Assembly: GCF_009914755.1 (NCBI RefSeq)
Contig: NC_060933.1
Length of the DNA: 64,000 nucleotides
From: the human T2T-CHM13v2.0 reference genome, Homo sapiens
Strand: one strand, 5' to 3'
How positions within the stretch are numbered: the stretch's first letter is position 1; each line of letters starts with the position of its first letter. Position numbers and translations under genes: made by a program. Below are positions 48,380 to 63,790 of the stretch, in pieces. The notes under the pieces were generated by a model, which did not search any database, was not told the origin of the DNA, and worked only from the letters and a program-made list of their open reading frames with translations.

Positions 48380-49044
48380 AAGGCTTGGGTCGTATGCTTG
48401 CTTATGTGCCTTCCCCACAAATCGCATAATAGGAGATTGAGATCTTGTTTGATTGGCTTATTTACTGAAACCTTTCCAAACCTACTGGAGTAAGCTGATA
48501 CCTATTCTCTTTCTTTCTCTTAATGGAATTGGAAATAGAAGTTCTTATTACAGGCAGTCAATATTTAGTAATAGAGACTATTATGTCACCTGAATATAGG
48601 TGTGGGCAATACTTTCTGAAGAACTGAATTATATTTTCATGGAAATATTCTGATCTCCTTTGCTAACTGCCACTGAGGAATTTCCAGTCCAGTTAGATTA
48701 CTTTCAGATAATTCTTGTAGCTAGTCACAATTCTAGGAGAAATGTATTGGAAGGGATAAAGGCCAAAGAGATTATATGCTTTAAGACTATTGTTACAGAA
48801 TATTCTAGATTAAAGGTAAGAAACCTGATGTACATTTGTAAAGTTACACACCAACAGTGTCTTAGTTTTCAGAATCCGAATTGTAGGACCATATCCTTAC
48901 CTGTATTTTTTGTTCTTATAATAAATTTTTATATTGCAAAAGCAATACCTGATTATTTTTTAAATATTTGAAAAAAAGAAAAGCAATGAGGAGAAAGAAA
49001 TACCACCTGTGATTCCACATCATATTATAACAATATAAATATCT

Positions 49045-49433
<389 letters not shown>

Positions 49434-49485
49434 TTATTAACACTGTGCATGGTATTTTGTAACCCTTTTCCTACTTAATAATATA

Positions 49486-50106
49486 TAGTCAGCTCTCCAT
49501 ATTTTGTGGGTTCCACATAGGTGGATTCAATCAACTGCAGATAAAAAAATCTTTGGGAAGGCCAAGGGCAATGGCTCACACCTGTAATCCCAGCACTTTG
49601 GGAGGCCGAGGTGGCTGGATTGCTTGAGCACAGGAGTTTGAGACTAGCCTGGGCAACATGGTGAAACCCTATCTCTACTAAAAATACAAAAATTAGCTGG
49701 GCATGGTAGCATGCACCTGTAGTCCCAGCTACTCAGGAGGCTAAGGTGAGAGGATTACTAGAACCTGGGAGGTCGAGGCTGCAGTGAGCCATGGTCATGC
49801 CACTGAGCTCCAGGCTGGGCATCAGAGCAAGAACTTGTCTTGGAAAAAAAATTGGGTCTGTACTAAACATGTACAAACGTTTTTATCTTGTCATTATTCC
49901 CTAAACAATATGGTATAACAACTATTTACATAGCATTATATTGTATTCGGTATTATATGTAATATAGACATGATTTAAAGTATACAGATGTGCACAGTAT
50001 ATAGGCAAATACCACATCATTTTGTATCAGGGACTTGGACATCCACAGATTTTGATATTGCAGGAGGTCCTGCAGTCATTCCCTCATGGATAGTGAGGGA
50101 CAGCTA
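49486..50106. mobile_element. MER2 (Tigger-type) split by an AluJ
   Basis: gtgggttccacata.gtggattcaa...ttgtcattattccctaaacaata...aactatttacatagcatt. Confidence 0.85.
49560..49851 (+). mobile_element. AluJ
   Basis: Sense Alu with J diagnostics. Confidence 0.92.
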
Positions 50107-50399
50107 TATATTTCATTTCCTTCCATGTTAATAAACAATATAGTTTGCTATAACATAATTTTTAATGAGCCTGTGGTATTCCACTGAATAGATGTAACAT
50201 ACCTTAACCAAACTACCATTGTTGAACACAAAGGTTGTTTTAAGAATGCTATATTGAACTCTTTTAATACTTCTTTTAACTATTTCTTTGGGCTACATTC
50301 CTAAGTTAATTCCTAGATCAAATTGCATATACTTTAAAATATTTTCTCTTAAACATTACACAAAGAATACATGCTAGTTGTTTAAAAAAATCCAATTCA

Positions 50400-50700
<301 letters not shown>

Positions 50701-51042
50701 TCACACTCTCCATATTAAATATTGCTGAAGTGAAATTTTGCAAAAATAGAATATTTTTCTTAGACTAATTCCTAATGTCATGTTGCTGAATCTCAGGATG
50801 TGCATTTCTAAAAGCTCTTGACATACACTGCCAAATTGTGCTCAAGGAAGGATGTATGCTTTTGGCCATAAGAAAGTAGGAGAGTCTTGCTTTCTTATGA
50901 TACAGTCCAACACCAGATATTATCATTACAAAAATCTGTCAGTTTGGTAAGTGAAAAACTGTAACTCTTTTTTACAATTTTTCACTTACCAAATTACAGT
51001 TTGGGAAGTGAAGTTGCAGTTCGCAAGTGAGTTGCCATTTTG

Positions 51043-51215
51043 AGACTGGGTGCAGTGGCTCATGTCTGTAACCCCAGCTCTTTGGGAGGCCGGAGGATGG
51101 CTTGAGACCAGGAGTTCAAGGTTACAGTGAGCTGTGACTGGGCCACTGCACTCCAGCCTGGGCAACAGAACGAGACCCTGTCTGTCTAAATAAAAAATAA
51201 ATAAATAAAATAAAA
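51043..51215 (+). mobile_element. Monomeric Alu (FRAM/FAM-like)
   Basis: Single arm followed by an (aaat)n tail. Confidence 0.85.
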
Positions 51216-51439
51216 TTTGCATTTTTGATTCATGATGATGTTAAATGCCTTAAAATAATGATTGGTTTTACTTCATTTAAGTTTTCATATACTTCGTTTC
51301 TTTTTCTATTGACTCATGCTTCAGGAACTGGCTAGTTGTTCAACAAAACTATTTCACTTTCCTCAGAAGCACACGGCTAGATCACATTTCCCAGCCTTCC
51401 ATGCACTTATATCTGGCGGCTTGACTGCATTCTAGTTCA

Positions 51440-51936
51440 AACTGTCATAAACCTCTGTAGGTTACAAATCCTCTACAAGTCTAACCAGGCTAAAATAAAA
51501 GCATCAGTAGATCTGTGTCCTTTTCTGAAGACTATAGAGGATGATCTGTTTCTGTGTTCATTCCAATTGTTGCGCGAATTCAGTTCCTTATGGTTGTAGA
51601 ATTAAAGACTGTTTTTTGCTGGCTCTCAGGTGAGGACTGTTTCTAGCTCCTCGAGGCCTCTTGCATTTCTTGGCTTCAAAGCCAGCGGTGGGTCTACTCC
51701 CTCTTACGCTACGAATTTCTCCTGCTTTATCTCTCTGACTTGTGATTCTACCTTCCTCTTTTATTTTAAGGACTGCACTGGTCCCATTCAGGGATAATTT
51801 CCCTACTTTAAGGTCTACTACTTAGCAATCTTTATTTTATCTGCAACCTGATTTACTTTTGCAATGCAAGGTACCATATTTATAGGCATACACACTAAGC
51901 CAAAGATAATAAGGGCCAACATTCACTGACCATAAC
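51440..51936 (-). mobile_element. MLT1 MaLR LTR fragment
   Basis: aggctaaaataaaagcatcag...gaattcagttccttatggttgtag. Confidence 0.65.
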
Positions 51937-52750
51937 ACTCTCTTTTTCGATGTTTTGAATACGATGTTTAGGACAGACATGGTTGATATTTGTATTCCTT
52001 AAGTTTAGACCAGTGATTGGCACAAGTAGTGTAAATAAGGCTCTACTGATAATACAGGAACAAAATTTTCATCCAATAACCTGATTAAACTGTACCACTA
52101 AGCCTCCATTCCAATATCCTTATATTTGAGTGCCTGTTCCAGGTGGCTTTAAATATTTCTGTGAAGAAGATTTTGGCATAAATAAATAACATCTATCTTC
52201 TGAAACATACCATTAACCTTTTTCATAATGCCATTTTCCCTTATTTTGTATGTTATTTTCTACACTGACCTTATTCTTCTTAATAACTCCTTTCATTTTC
52301 CTTCTGCAAGCCTTCTGTGGATGTGGAAAATACAACCACTGCCAAGTGGGAATTGAGGTATAGAATATTTATGTGATTCTCAAAGATAAGCACCTTGTAT
52401 AGACAGGACTATAATGACTGCACAACTAATTCTTTGTGGGTATCCTCATCACGGAACCAAATAATCTCTCTCTTTTTCTCTTATTGCTGTAAAATAAATG
52501 TAACACAAAATTTGCCATTTTACCCATTTTAACTGTGCAATTCAGTGACATTAACTGCATTCACACAGTTGTGCAACTTTTTCACCAGTTTCCAAACTTT
52601 TCCATCACCCCAACATCACTCTACCCTTAATCTCTTTTTGAAAATCTCTTTAGTTAACTAATTTCAATATTTACTTATTTTGTGAAATTTAAATATTTCT
52701 ACTCCTAAGAAAAATCAGTGCCATTCTGTTATTTAATTCAGAGTAACCTC

Positions 52751-53069
52751 AGCTGGGTGTGGTCGCTCATGGCTATAATCCTAATGCTTTGAGAGGCTGA
52801 GGCAAGAGGGTCTCTTGAGGCCAGGAGTTCCAGACCAGCCTGGGCAACATAGCAAAACCCTGTCTGTACAAAGTTTGAAAATTAGTTAGGTGTGGTGGTA
52901 TGTGCCTGTATTCATAGCTACTCAGGAGGCTGAGGCAGGATTGCTTGAACCCAAGAGCTTGAGGTTACAGTGAGCTAAGATTGAGTCATTGCACTCCAGC
53001 CTGGGTAACAGAGCCAGACATTGCCTCTAAAAAACCCAACTGTGATAATAATAATAATAATAATAATAA
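52751..53069 (+). mobile_element. AluJ with (ATA)n tail
   Basis: Diverged sense Alu. Confidence 0.9.
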
Positions 53070-53904
53070 TCTTTAGCAATTTAAATATGGAGATAATAAA
53101 ATTTATTTTTTCCCCAGATTCCTCTGTACCCCAGGTAATTTTTTGGTTAATATTCTTGAATAGAAACATAATATTCTCTAGGCAAATTCTTAGAAAACAA
53201 CTATTTTTTGCTAAATGAACACAACAGAAAACAATATGTATAAGGCTTTTAAATATATTTCTAACACTAATGGCCAGAGTACTTTTAAAAAATCATTTGA
53301 TAAGTAGATGTAGAACACGTTTGCCTGACTGTCACCCACAATATAAGTACAAGTGACATAAACCTCAATGTAACTTCATTTATTAAAGACAAATTTCAAT
53401 AAAACTATGTTCTACTTACATGACATTTAACAGATTTAAATTACAAAATTGCTGTAAGAATCTCATTATAAGCTTGTCTTTCCCATATGAAGGCCCCATG
53501 ATTTTCTCAAAAAAGATCTTGTGAAATTAGAAATGCTAATTATACATAATTATTATAAATACAGTACTACAATTACTAGTATAAAAGTAATTTGTGGTAG
53601 AATGATTAATTACAAATAATTTGAACTAGAAAATTATTTCCTACCTAGTAATTTGAGAATTAAGTAATAAGATCTCATCTCATTGTTTCTTTTTCAGAAA
53701 AATTTGACTGTAAATATTTTTCTACACATATGCAAATATGTGCACATACAAGGTAATGAATCTGAATCTTTGGATTAATCGTAGTTTCAGTAGTATAATG
53801 TCTCTTTGTGTTTTATCCTTTTAGAGTAGTGTATTATTATTATTTATTTTGATACTTCTTGAAAGAAGATCGAACTTAGATTTTACTTTTAGAACGATGA
53901 TCCT

Positions 53905-54202
<298 letters not shown>

Positions 54203-57200
54203 GTTTTAACAAAGATGATTCTTATGACTAGTTTAACAAAAACAATTTCCTTACATGTCTAGAATACATTTGAAACTTGAAAGTATTTAAATGGTATGAT
54301 TTTGTAACTTTTCTGTTATAAAGGCTTCTTCTTGGGGTTCTATTTACAAAAATGTGGTTGTTGAGGTTTTTCGCTTTTAAGTTTAATTTTTATGTTTTTT
54401 ATATATTTTTCATTAACTTACCCAGGCTTGTTTATTTTTTTAAGGTCACCTTTGAATGGCATTACAGTGATCATTATTAAGTAATTCAAATGGGGTATAA
54501 TACAATAGGTTGTAATTATTATTATTTGCACTACAATTCTGGTTAGTTTACATTTAATACATGAATTATGACACCTTTTGCAAGGGATTCGATATGTTGT
54601 AAATTCCAGTATGTTAAATATAACAGTGTAATTCCTGTGTAGTATTATTAATATTTCTAAATCATGAAAACATGATTTTTGACTCAATAATTTGCCAAAT
54701 TTAGTAAGGTTAAAAAAATTTAAAGAGAATCAGAAGAGAAAATGGGTTTCCCTTCACAAACTGATCTTCACCCAATATACTAAATAACTTACACGATTTA
54801 TTTTAGTGAACTGAGTTCTACTATCTGTTGCTCTGGAGTAATAGTTGCATTTAATTTGTTTTATTAAAGTGCACTTTAGTTTTAGTTTACTTACTGATGG
54901 CTCTTGAAACAAGATATTAGTTGATTCATTTGAATGAATCTGATTAAAAAGCTATGATTGAGAAATGCAACTGAGAGAGCCTTTTTTCCGCCTAATATGT
55001 AGACTTTATTAATGTCAGAAATCATTGTGGAAGGATGTGATACCATGAAAGGAGCATTTAACATGTAACTTAGCAGAAGAATAGAAGTAGTTTTATCTGC
55101 AACAAAATGTTCTTATTTATTTACCTAACTAAATACACAGTGGATAGCTTTCCATGACAGTCGGTGATCACAGTATAAAATTCAAGAATTCACAGATATT
55201 TGGAATAGGTAAGTTTGATAAAAGCCTTTTTTGTTTTAACCGTATGCCTCCTGAATTGTGTTATCTCAATATATTTTCTATCATGATTTTGAAACTATCT
55301 TCCTCTGAAAAATATTTTAGTCCAAATATGTAATAAACAAAGATCAACAAGCATAAAAGAAAATGTCAAGACAACTTTCTGATCAATATTAAATAAAATA
55401 TTTAGAGAAACCACAAGGAGACTGGAAATGGAAATTACTAGAACTTGTACAGGTTGGAATGAGAGAGAGAATTAGAATAGTCAGTTTTGGGATAATATGA
55501 AATTTGTACTCCATAAACAGCAGAGAATCAGGATAGGGTGTTGACGTTTTCCCACCTACCTCCCACTGCCAGTTTCTTGTACTGCTGTTAACATTCACGT
55601 AAATTTTATAATCCTTCCTTAATCTTCACCTGTTAATGGAGAAAATGTTTGTTGCTTTTATAATGTTAAAGAATTATAAAAACATTCTCCAATTCTGCCT
55701 TCTTCTCACTCTTAATTTAGGGAGATAGTATCAAAACCTTGAGGAAAAATCAAGGAAATCTGTTTTCTTTTTTTAAATTCAATATTGACAGGGATTAGAT
55801 TTAAAATTGTTTTCAAGGAGACCTCAGCATTGTGGAAAATGGATTAGTAGTAAATCAAATTCATTTACTAGTTTGGGTTACACGATGTTAAAAGTATGAA
55901 TATTTAGTTGTTACCTGTAACAAAGTGTATGTATATCTGGAAAAAAATCTTTGAGTATATTGAACAACGAAAACGTAAAGAAACTTGTTGTTTCTTAAAA
56001 TAATGGACAAGCTTCATTTCATAAAGTATGAGGAGATGGAATCTGGTGGCATTAAAGAAGAAAAACCCATTTCATTCCAAATGCAGCTAACATTTGAAAC
56101 ATAAACTGGCTCCCTCTCTCCACAGATGCCTCCTTGGAGTCAGAGGACGCGATATAAATGGGGGTTTTGGTGTTGTGAGATGATGGATGAGGGTCTCTTC
56201 TGGTTGCCCGAGGATCTGTGACCAGCACAAAAACTGCTTGGTCTGGGTTAATTAATTGCAGGAAAAGTTTATTCAGATGCAGGGCAAGCACCTTGGCTAA
56301 AATCTCAGCATCTGTGTTGATTAAAGATCTGAGGCTGAAGAAAGCACATAGTTGGGGGTCTTAGATAGGTTTGGAAGCCATATGGACTTCTTTTAATGAG
56401 GGAGGGCTTTTGCAATCCAAGTCTCAAAGCTGTGTTGTTCTAATCAGCATTAATGGAATATCTCCTGCCCAGCACCAAGTCACTTCACAGTACTGTCAAG
56501 GCAATATTTTTTCCCTGGTTATTTGTTTCAATATTTTATTCAGAATCTCACCATTATTTTTCATTTCCTACAGACCTGGTGATAAAACACGGTGCAAAAT
56601 CTTGCTGGCTTTGTTTAAGTCCAGGGCAGACTGAACAAAAATTTATTTCTTTTAAAGGTCATTGTCAATGAAATGTCCATAAGGCTATTATGACACCTTT
56701 AGGATGTGAATTGTAGAATGTGTATTCTCTGAAATTTTATCTTGCGGATATTGTGTCTGTAATCAGTTTTTCTTGGCTTTGACTTTCTTTTTATTATAGC
56801 CATGAAAATTGACTCAGAGGTTCAGATGAAAAGGGAATAATCATAAAAATGGAAAAATGTAAGCTGCATCAAAAACTAAACTTAGGCTGCTACTTTGGAC
56901 ATTATAATTTGGACATTCATAATTTGGTAATATTATGGCCCCATTCCTTACAAAACTGTGGAGTTTATCGAAGGATCTCTCAGAATTATAAATTTAAACT
57001 ACCCAGGGATCATAAGTCAGTTGCAAGTTTAGGCGCTCACTTAGGGAAACAAAACTTGGGTCTTGAGCAGTAGTTTTTCTCAGGTGCTTTGTTCCTTTTA
57101 CACAGTTTGATTTTCAGAGATTTAAGTCAACTGCCTGTCTTAGAGTCTATTCATTTAGGTCGTGAGCGTGACTCACATTTTATCCTGCTTTTGTTATTTT

Positions 57201-58388
57201 TAAACTTTTACATTATAAAATATATCATAAATACATAGAGACATATAATGTACAGGTAGATTTTAAAAATAATAATAAAGTAAGCATCTGTTTCCCCCTC
57301 ATGTTAAGAATTAGTACATCAGTTCTTCCTGGTGCTTTTTCAAATCCATCTCTTCCAACTCCCCTCAAAGGTAATCACATTATACATTTACTTGATACTT
57401 TCCCTTCTTTTGCTTTTAAATTTTTAACCTACATATGTTTCTACACTATATATAAGTTGGAGTTATATTGTATGTTTTGTTCTGCAACTTGTCCGTTTTG
57501 CTCACTATTATACTCCAGCAGTTCATCCATGTGGATGTGTACAGTTGTGGTTCATTTATTTACAATGTTGTTGAGGAATTCATTAAATGAATGTACCATA
57601 ATTTGTGAATTCATTCTACAGATGAAGTTTCTTTGCATGGTTTTAATTTTTGCTATTAGAAAAAGAGAAGATAAGAACATGTCTTCTGGTACAAGTGGGC
57701 AAGAATTTCTGTAAATAGACCAAGGAGTGGAATTACTGGATCATGAAGTATGCATGCACCAAATTCAAATTTCTAGGTTATGCCTAGTTGTTTCCCAATG
57801 TGAATTTCACCAATTTCCACACTCACCAGCAATGTATGAGAGTTCCTGAGGCTCTAAGTCTTTCCTAATGTTTGGTATGGTGTGTGCATGCGTGTGTGTG
57901 TGTATATATATATATAGATATATATATACACCCACACATATATATTTTATGTATATATATAAAATTTGTAATCCTGTTGTTATGCTGTATTGTTATAAGT
58001 TTAATCAGCATTTTGCTAGTTAGTAATAAGATGCACCACATTTTTATATGTTTATTGGTCATCTGTCATCTTCTGTGAAGTGTCTTTGCCACTTTTCTAT
58101 TGGGTTGTTGATCATTTTCTTTCTTATTCTTTACAGTCTCTATATTAATCCGTTGTTACTAAGACAAATATCTTCTCCTGGTTTGTGCTTATCTTTTCAC
58201 TGCCTTTTTTGTGCCTATTGATGAATAGGAGTGATGAATATCTTAAAAGTTTCATCTTGAGATAATTTTAGATTCACATACAGTTATAAGCAATAATACA
58301 CAGGGATACATATACCCTTCACTCAGTTTCCCACAATGGTACCACATGGCTTAACAATATCACAACTAGGAAATTGACATTGATATAA

Positions 58389-58758
<370 letters not shown>

Positions 58759-58853
58759 AGTTCTATGCAAATTTTATCACTTGTTGTAGCTTGGTATAAC
58801 TACCACCGTGTTCAAGATAAAGAACTGTTCCATCACAACAGGACTCCCTCATC

Positions 58854-59086
58854 TTTTTAAAAATTTTATGTACAAAGATCTAACATGGTTTCTTTCATTG
58901 GTAGGTGGCTTGGATATTCCATTTAAGGAAGATCACTTCATCCAGCTTAATAAAAGCTATGTCCTTTGCATACTGACAGAAACACTGGTGGCACATATTG
59001 AGGCCCTATTTCCAGATCAGACCAGGCCGGTTTGAGCAGACCAGAGCGAGAGTCCTGGCCAAATTTTTGCAGGTGGCTCCAGTAGA
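58854..59086 (-). pseudogene. RPS29: RPS29 (uS14) processed pseudogene, 5'-truncated
   Basis: Minus strand reads YWSHLQKFGQDSRS/(5-nt deletion)/[33 protein letters not shown], collinear with RPS29 residues 7-56, then a 3'UTR-like tract (aaaccatg...tctttgtacataaaat) and a short A tail; intronless. Symbol is that of the parent gene. Confidence 0.93.
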
Positions 59087-59301
59087 ATGCAACTTCTTTA
59101 TAGCCATGTTCATCACCTTTCTTCCACCATCCCTAACTCCTGGTAACCACTCATCTGGTATCCATGTCTACAACTTTGTCATTTCAAGAACATTATATAG
59201 AGCCATACAGTGTGTAACTTCTTGAGATTGTATAAATCATATGGACTCCAGAGATGACCCAAGCAGACAGTAAGCATCTGCCCACAGCAGGGAATTCTAT
59301 T

Positions 59302-59380
59302 CAGGGGTTCTTAATCTTTCTGTGGCAGGGTTGCCTTTGGCAGTCTGGAGAAATCTATGGACCCCCTTCAGAATAATGTT
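59302..59380. mobile_element. hAT-Charlie terminal fragment
   Basis: caggggttcttaatc...cctttggcagtctgg...ctatggaccccttcagaataatgttttt. Confidence 0.65.
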
Positions 59381-60282
59381 TTTTTTTTTTTTCCCTATGT
59401 TTTTATTTGTCAGGCTGGGTAAACATGCACAAATGAAAATAGTGGATCATGTAGTAGATGTATTTAACTTGACATACGAAACTTTTAAAATTTTCCAAAG
59501 TAGTTGTACCATTTTACATTTCACCCAAAAATATAAAAAAGTTACCTCACATGCTTGCCGGTATGGTTAGTCTTTTTAATTTTAACCATTCTAGGCGGTG
59601 TATAGTGGCATCTCATTGTGTATGTTTTCTAAAACAGACTTTTATTTTTAGAGCAGTTAACTGCAAAATTAAGCAGAAAGTAAAGAGAATTCTCATATAA
59701 GCCTCCTGCCCTACACACTCACAGCCTCCCCCACTATCAACATCCCACACCAAAGTAGTATACTTGCTACAATAGATGAACCTACGTTAATACATCATAG
59801 TTACCCACAGTCCATAGTTGACATTATGGTTCACTCTTTTTGTTGTACCATCTATGGTTTTAACAAATGTACAATGACATGTATCTATCATAGTAATATC
59901 ACATCAATAGTTTCACTGTCCTAACAATATTCTATACTCTGTCTATTCATGCTGTCCTCCAACCTAACCCCTGGAAACTACTGATCTTTCTACTGTCTCT
60001 ATAGTTTTGTCTTTTCCAATGTCATATACTTAAAATCATATAATATGTAGACTTTTTAGATTGGCCTCTTATGTTTATAATGCACTTAAATGTCTTATCT
60101 GACATTTAGGATAACTATCCTAATAAATGTCCTAAAGTTTGAATAAATGTCCATGTCTTTTCATAGCTTAATAGCTCATTTCTTTTTAGACCTAAATAAT
60201 ATTCCCTTCTGTGGGTGTACCACAGTTTAGTTATCCATTCACCAACTGAAGGACATCTTGGTTGCTTCTAGGTTTTGGCAAT

Positions 60283-60760
60283 TGTATTAGATTGTTTGCA
60301 TCACAATCTATGTGATGCAAATCATTTATGCACAAATAAGATTTATGCACATATCTATACATCACATCGCTATAAAGCAATAGGTGAGGCTGGCTAATCA
60401 ATAAAGAAAAGAGGTTTAATTGGTTCATTGTTCTGCAGGCTGTACAAGCATGGCACCAACATCTGCTCAGCCTCTCAAGAGGGCCTCAGGAAGCTTACAA
60501 TTGTGGTGAAAGGCCAAGAGGGGCATGTCACATGGTGAAAGCAGGAGCAAGGGGCACGGGGAGGTCCCAGACTTTTAAACAACCAGATCTCCTGTGAACT
60601 ACCTGAGCAAGAGCTCACTTATCACCAAAAGGATGGTGCTAAACCATTCGTGAAAGATCCACCTCCATAATCCAGTCACCTCGCCCCAGGCCCTACCTCT
60701 AACAATGGAAATCACATTTCAACCTGAGATTTGGAGGAGACAAACATCCGAACTATATTA
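60283..60760 (-). mobile_element. MSTB-type MaLR LTR
   Basis: tgtattag...ataaagaaaagaggtttaattggttca...gagatttggagg; TSD gcaat/gccat. Confidence 0.88.
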
Positions 60761-61109
60761 GCCATTATGACTAAAACGGCTATAAACGTTTGAGTACAGG
60801 TTTTTGTGTGGATTTAAGTGTTCAACTCATTTGGAAAGATACCAAGGAGTGCAATTACTGGATCGTATGGTAAGAGAATGTTTCATTTTGTAAGAAACCG
60901 CCAGACTGTATTCCAAAATAGCTGTACCACTTTGCATTCCCGTTAGCAGTTAATGAGAGTTCCTGTTGCTCCACAACCTTGAAAGCTCTTAGTGTTGTCA
61001 GTGTTTTGGATTTGGCCATTCTAATAGGTGTGTAGTTATAGCCTGTTGTTTTAATTTGAAATTCTCTAATGACATGTTGTTGATCATCTTTTCATAAGCT
61101 CACCGGCCA

Positions 61110-61551
<442 letters not shown>

Positions 61552-62322
61552 TAACAGTGCTTTATCAGATATGTTTTTTGCAAATATTTTCTCCTGGTCT
61601 GTGGCTTGTCTTCTTATTCTCTTAACAGTGTCTTCCACAGAGAAGTTTTTAGTTTTAGTGAAGTCTAGCTTATCAATTATTTCTTTCATGGATTGTGCCT
61701 TTGGTGTTGAATTTAAAAAGTCTTCACCATACCCAAGGTCATCTAAATTTTCTCCTATGTTATCTTCTAGGAGTTTTATATTTTTGCATATTACATTTAT
61801 GTCAATGATTAATTTGGAGTTAATTTTTGCTGAAAAGACTAACTTTTCTCCATTGTATTACCTTTGCTTCTTGGTCAAAGATTGACTATATTTATGTGTG
61901 TCTATTTCTGGGTTCTCTATTGTTTTCCATTGATCTGTTTGTCTGTTCTTTCACCAATGTCACACTGTGTTGATTATCATAAGTTTACAGTCGTTTTTGA
62001 AATCAGGTAGTGTCATCAGTCCTATGATTTTGTCTCCTTGACTAATGCCTTGGCTATTCTGGGTGTTTGCTTCTCCATGTAAACTTTAGAATCAGTATGT
62101 CGATATCCACAAAATAACTTGCTGTGAGTTTGATTAAGATTTATTGTGTTTGTAATTTGCATTGATATCTAATAATATTGAGCATCTTTTCGTGAGTGTA
62201 TTGCCATTAGTATTTCCCTTTGATAAATTATCCTCAAAATTGTTGCCTATTTTTAGATTGAGTTATTTGATTTCTTACTGGGTTTAGAGAATAATCTTTT
62301 CTGTCTTGAAGACCTTTTTTGG

Positions 62323-62787
62323 TGTATTTAGTCAGGTTTTCCAGAGAAACAGAAGCAGTAGAGAGAGAGAGAGATATGGAAAGAAATTGATTATGAGAGA
62401 TTGACTCATGCAACTATGGAGGCTAAGAAGTCCCATGATTTGCCATCTGCAAATTGAAAGCCCAGGAAAGCCAGTGGTATAGTTCCAGTTCAAACCCAAG
62501 GCCTGAAAACAAGGCACATCAATGTCTCAGAGCAGGAGAAAATGGATATTCCAGCTCAACCACAGAGCAAATTCACCCTTCTTCCAGTTTTTTGTCCTCT
62601 TCAGGCCCTCAATGGATTGGCTGGTGCCTATCAAAAATGACGATGGCAATCTTCTTTACTCTGTCTACCCATTCAAAGGCTAATCTCTTCGAGAAACAGC
62701 CTCCCAGACACACCCAGAAATAATGTTTCATGTTGTGAATCCCTTAACCAAGTCAAGTTGACACATATTAATAAAATTAACTGTTAC
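62323..62787 (-). mobile_element. MLT2 LTR
   Basis: tgtatttagtcaggttttccagagaaacagaa...ccaagtcaagttgacacata. Confidence 0.85.
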
Positions 62788-63178
62788 TTATGTGATTAGA
62801 TATGTTAGATACGTGATTTGCAGATATTTTCTCCCAGTCTGTAGCTTGTCTTTTCATTCACTTAATAGTGTTATACTAAAAGGTTTAAATTTTAGTTTAA
62901 TTTACCAATTATTTAGTAATGGATAGTGCTTTTTTTAAAAATCATATTTAAGGACTTTTTGCCTAACACAAGGTAGCAAATATTTTCTCCTAAAAGATTT
63001 ATAGTTTTATATTTTATATTTAATTCTAGGGTAAATTTTCAGTTAATTTTTTATATCATATGAGGTATTGGTTGAGTTTCTTTTTTTTTAAAGTGTATCT
63101 TTTATGAGCAACATTTATTGAAAAGACCATTCTTTTTTCACTGAACTGACTGTTCATCTTTATCAGAAGCTGATTAAT

Positions 63179-63467
63179 GGTCTGATGTAGTGGCTCATGC
63201 CTGTAATTCCAGTGCTTTGGGAGGCCAAAACAGGAGGATTGCTTGAGGCCAGGAGTTCGAGGCCAGCCTGGGCAACATAGCAATACCCTGTCTCTACAAA
63301 AAATTTAAAAATTAGCTGGACATTGTGGCATGTGCCTGTAATCCTGGCTACTTAGTAGGATCACTTGAGCCCAGGAGTTTGAGGTTACAGTGAGCTATAA
63401 TCATACCAATGCACTTCAGCCTGGGAAACAGAGTAAAACCCTGTTTCTTAAAAAGAAAACAAAAAAA
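63179..63467 (+). mobile_element. AluJ
   Basis: Diverged sense Alu with internal deletion. Confidence 0.9.
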
Positions 63468-63711
63468 TCCATATTTACATAAGCCTATTCTGGATATCTT
63501 TTCTGTTCCTTCGATCCGTGGTCTGTCCTTTCTCCATTATGACACTGTCTCCATTATTGTAGCTTTGCATTAAAACTTAAAATCAGGGAGTGTGAGTTTT
63601 CCGATTTTGTTCTATTTTTCATAATTGTTTTGTTTGTTTGGGCTTCTTTGCCTTTTACATAAAGTTTAGAATCAGCTTTTCTATACCTACAAAAACATCC
63701 TACTGAGATAT

Positions 63712-63790
63712 TGCTATGGTTTAAATGTTCCCTTCCAAACTCACGTTGAAATTTAATTGCCATTATGATGATATTAATAGATGGAATCTT
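63712..63790 (+). mobile_element. MST (C/D-type) LTR 5' part
   Basis: tgctatggtttaaatgttccc...aaactcacgttgaaatttaattgcca. Confidence 0.7.
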
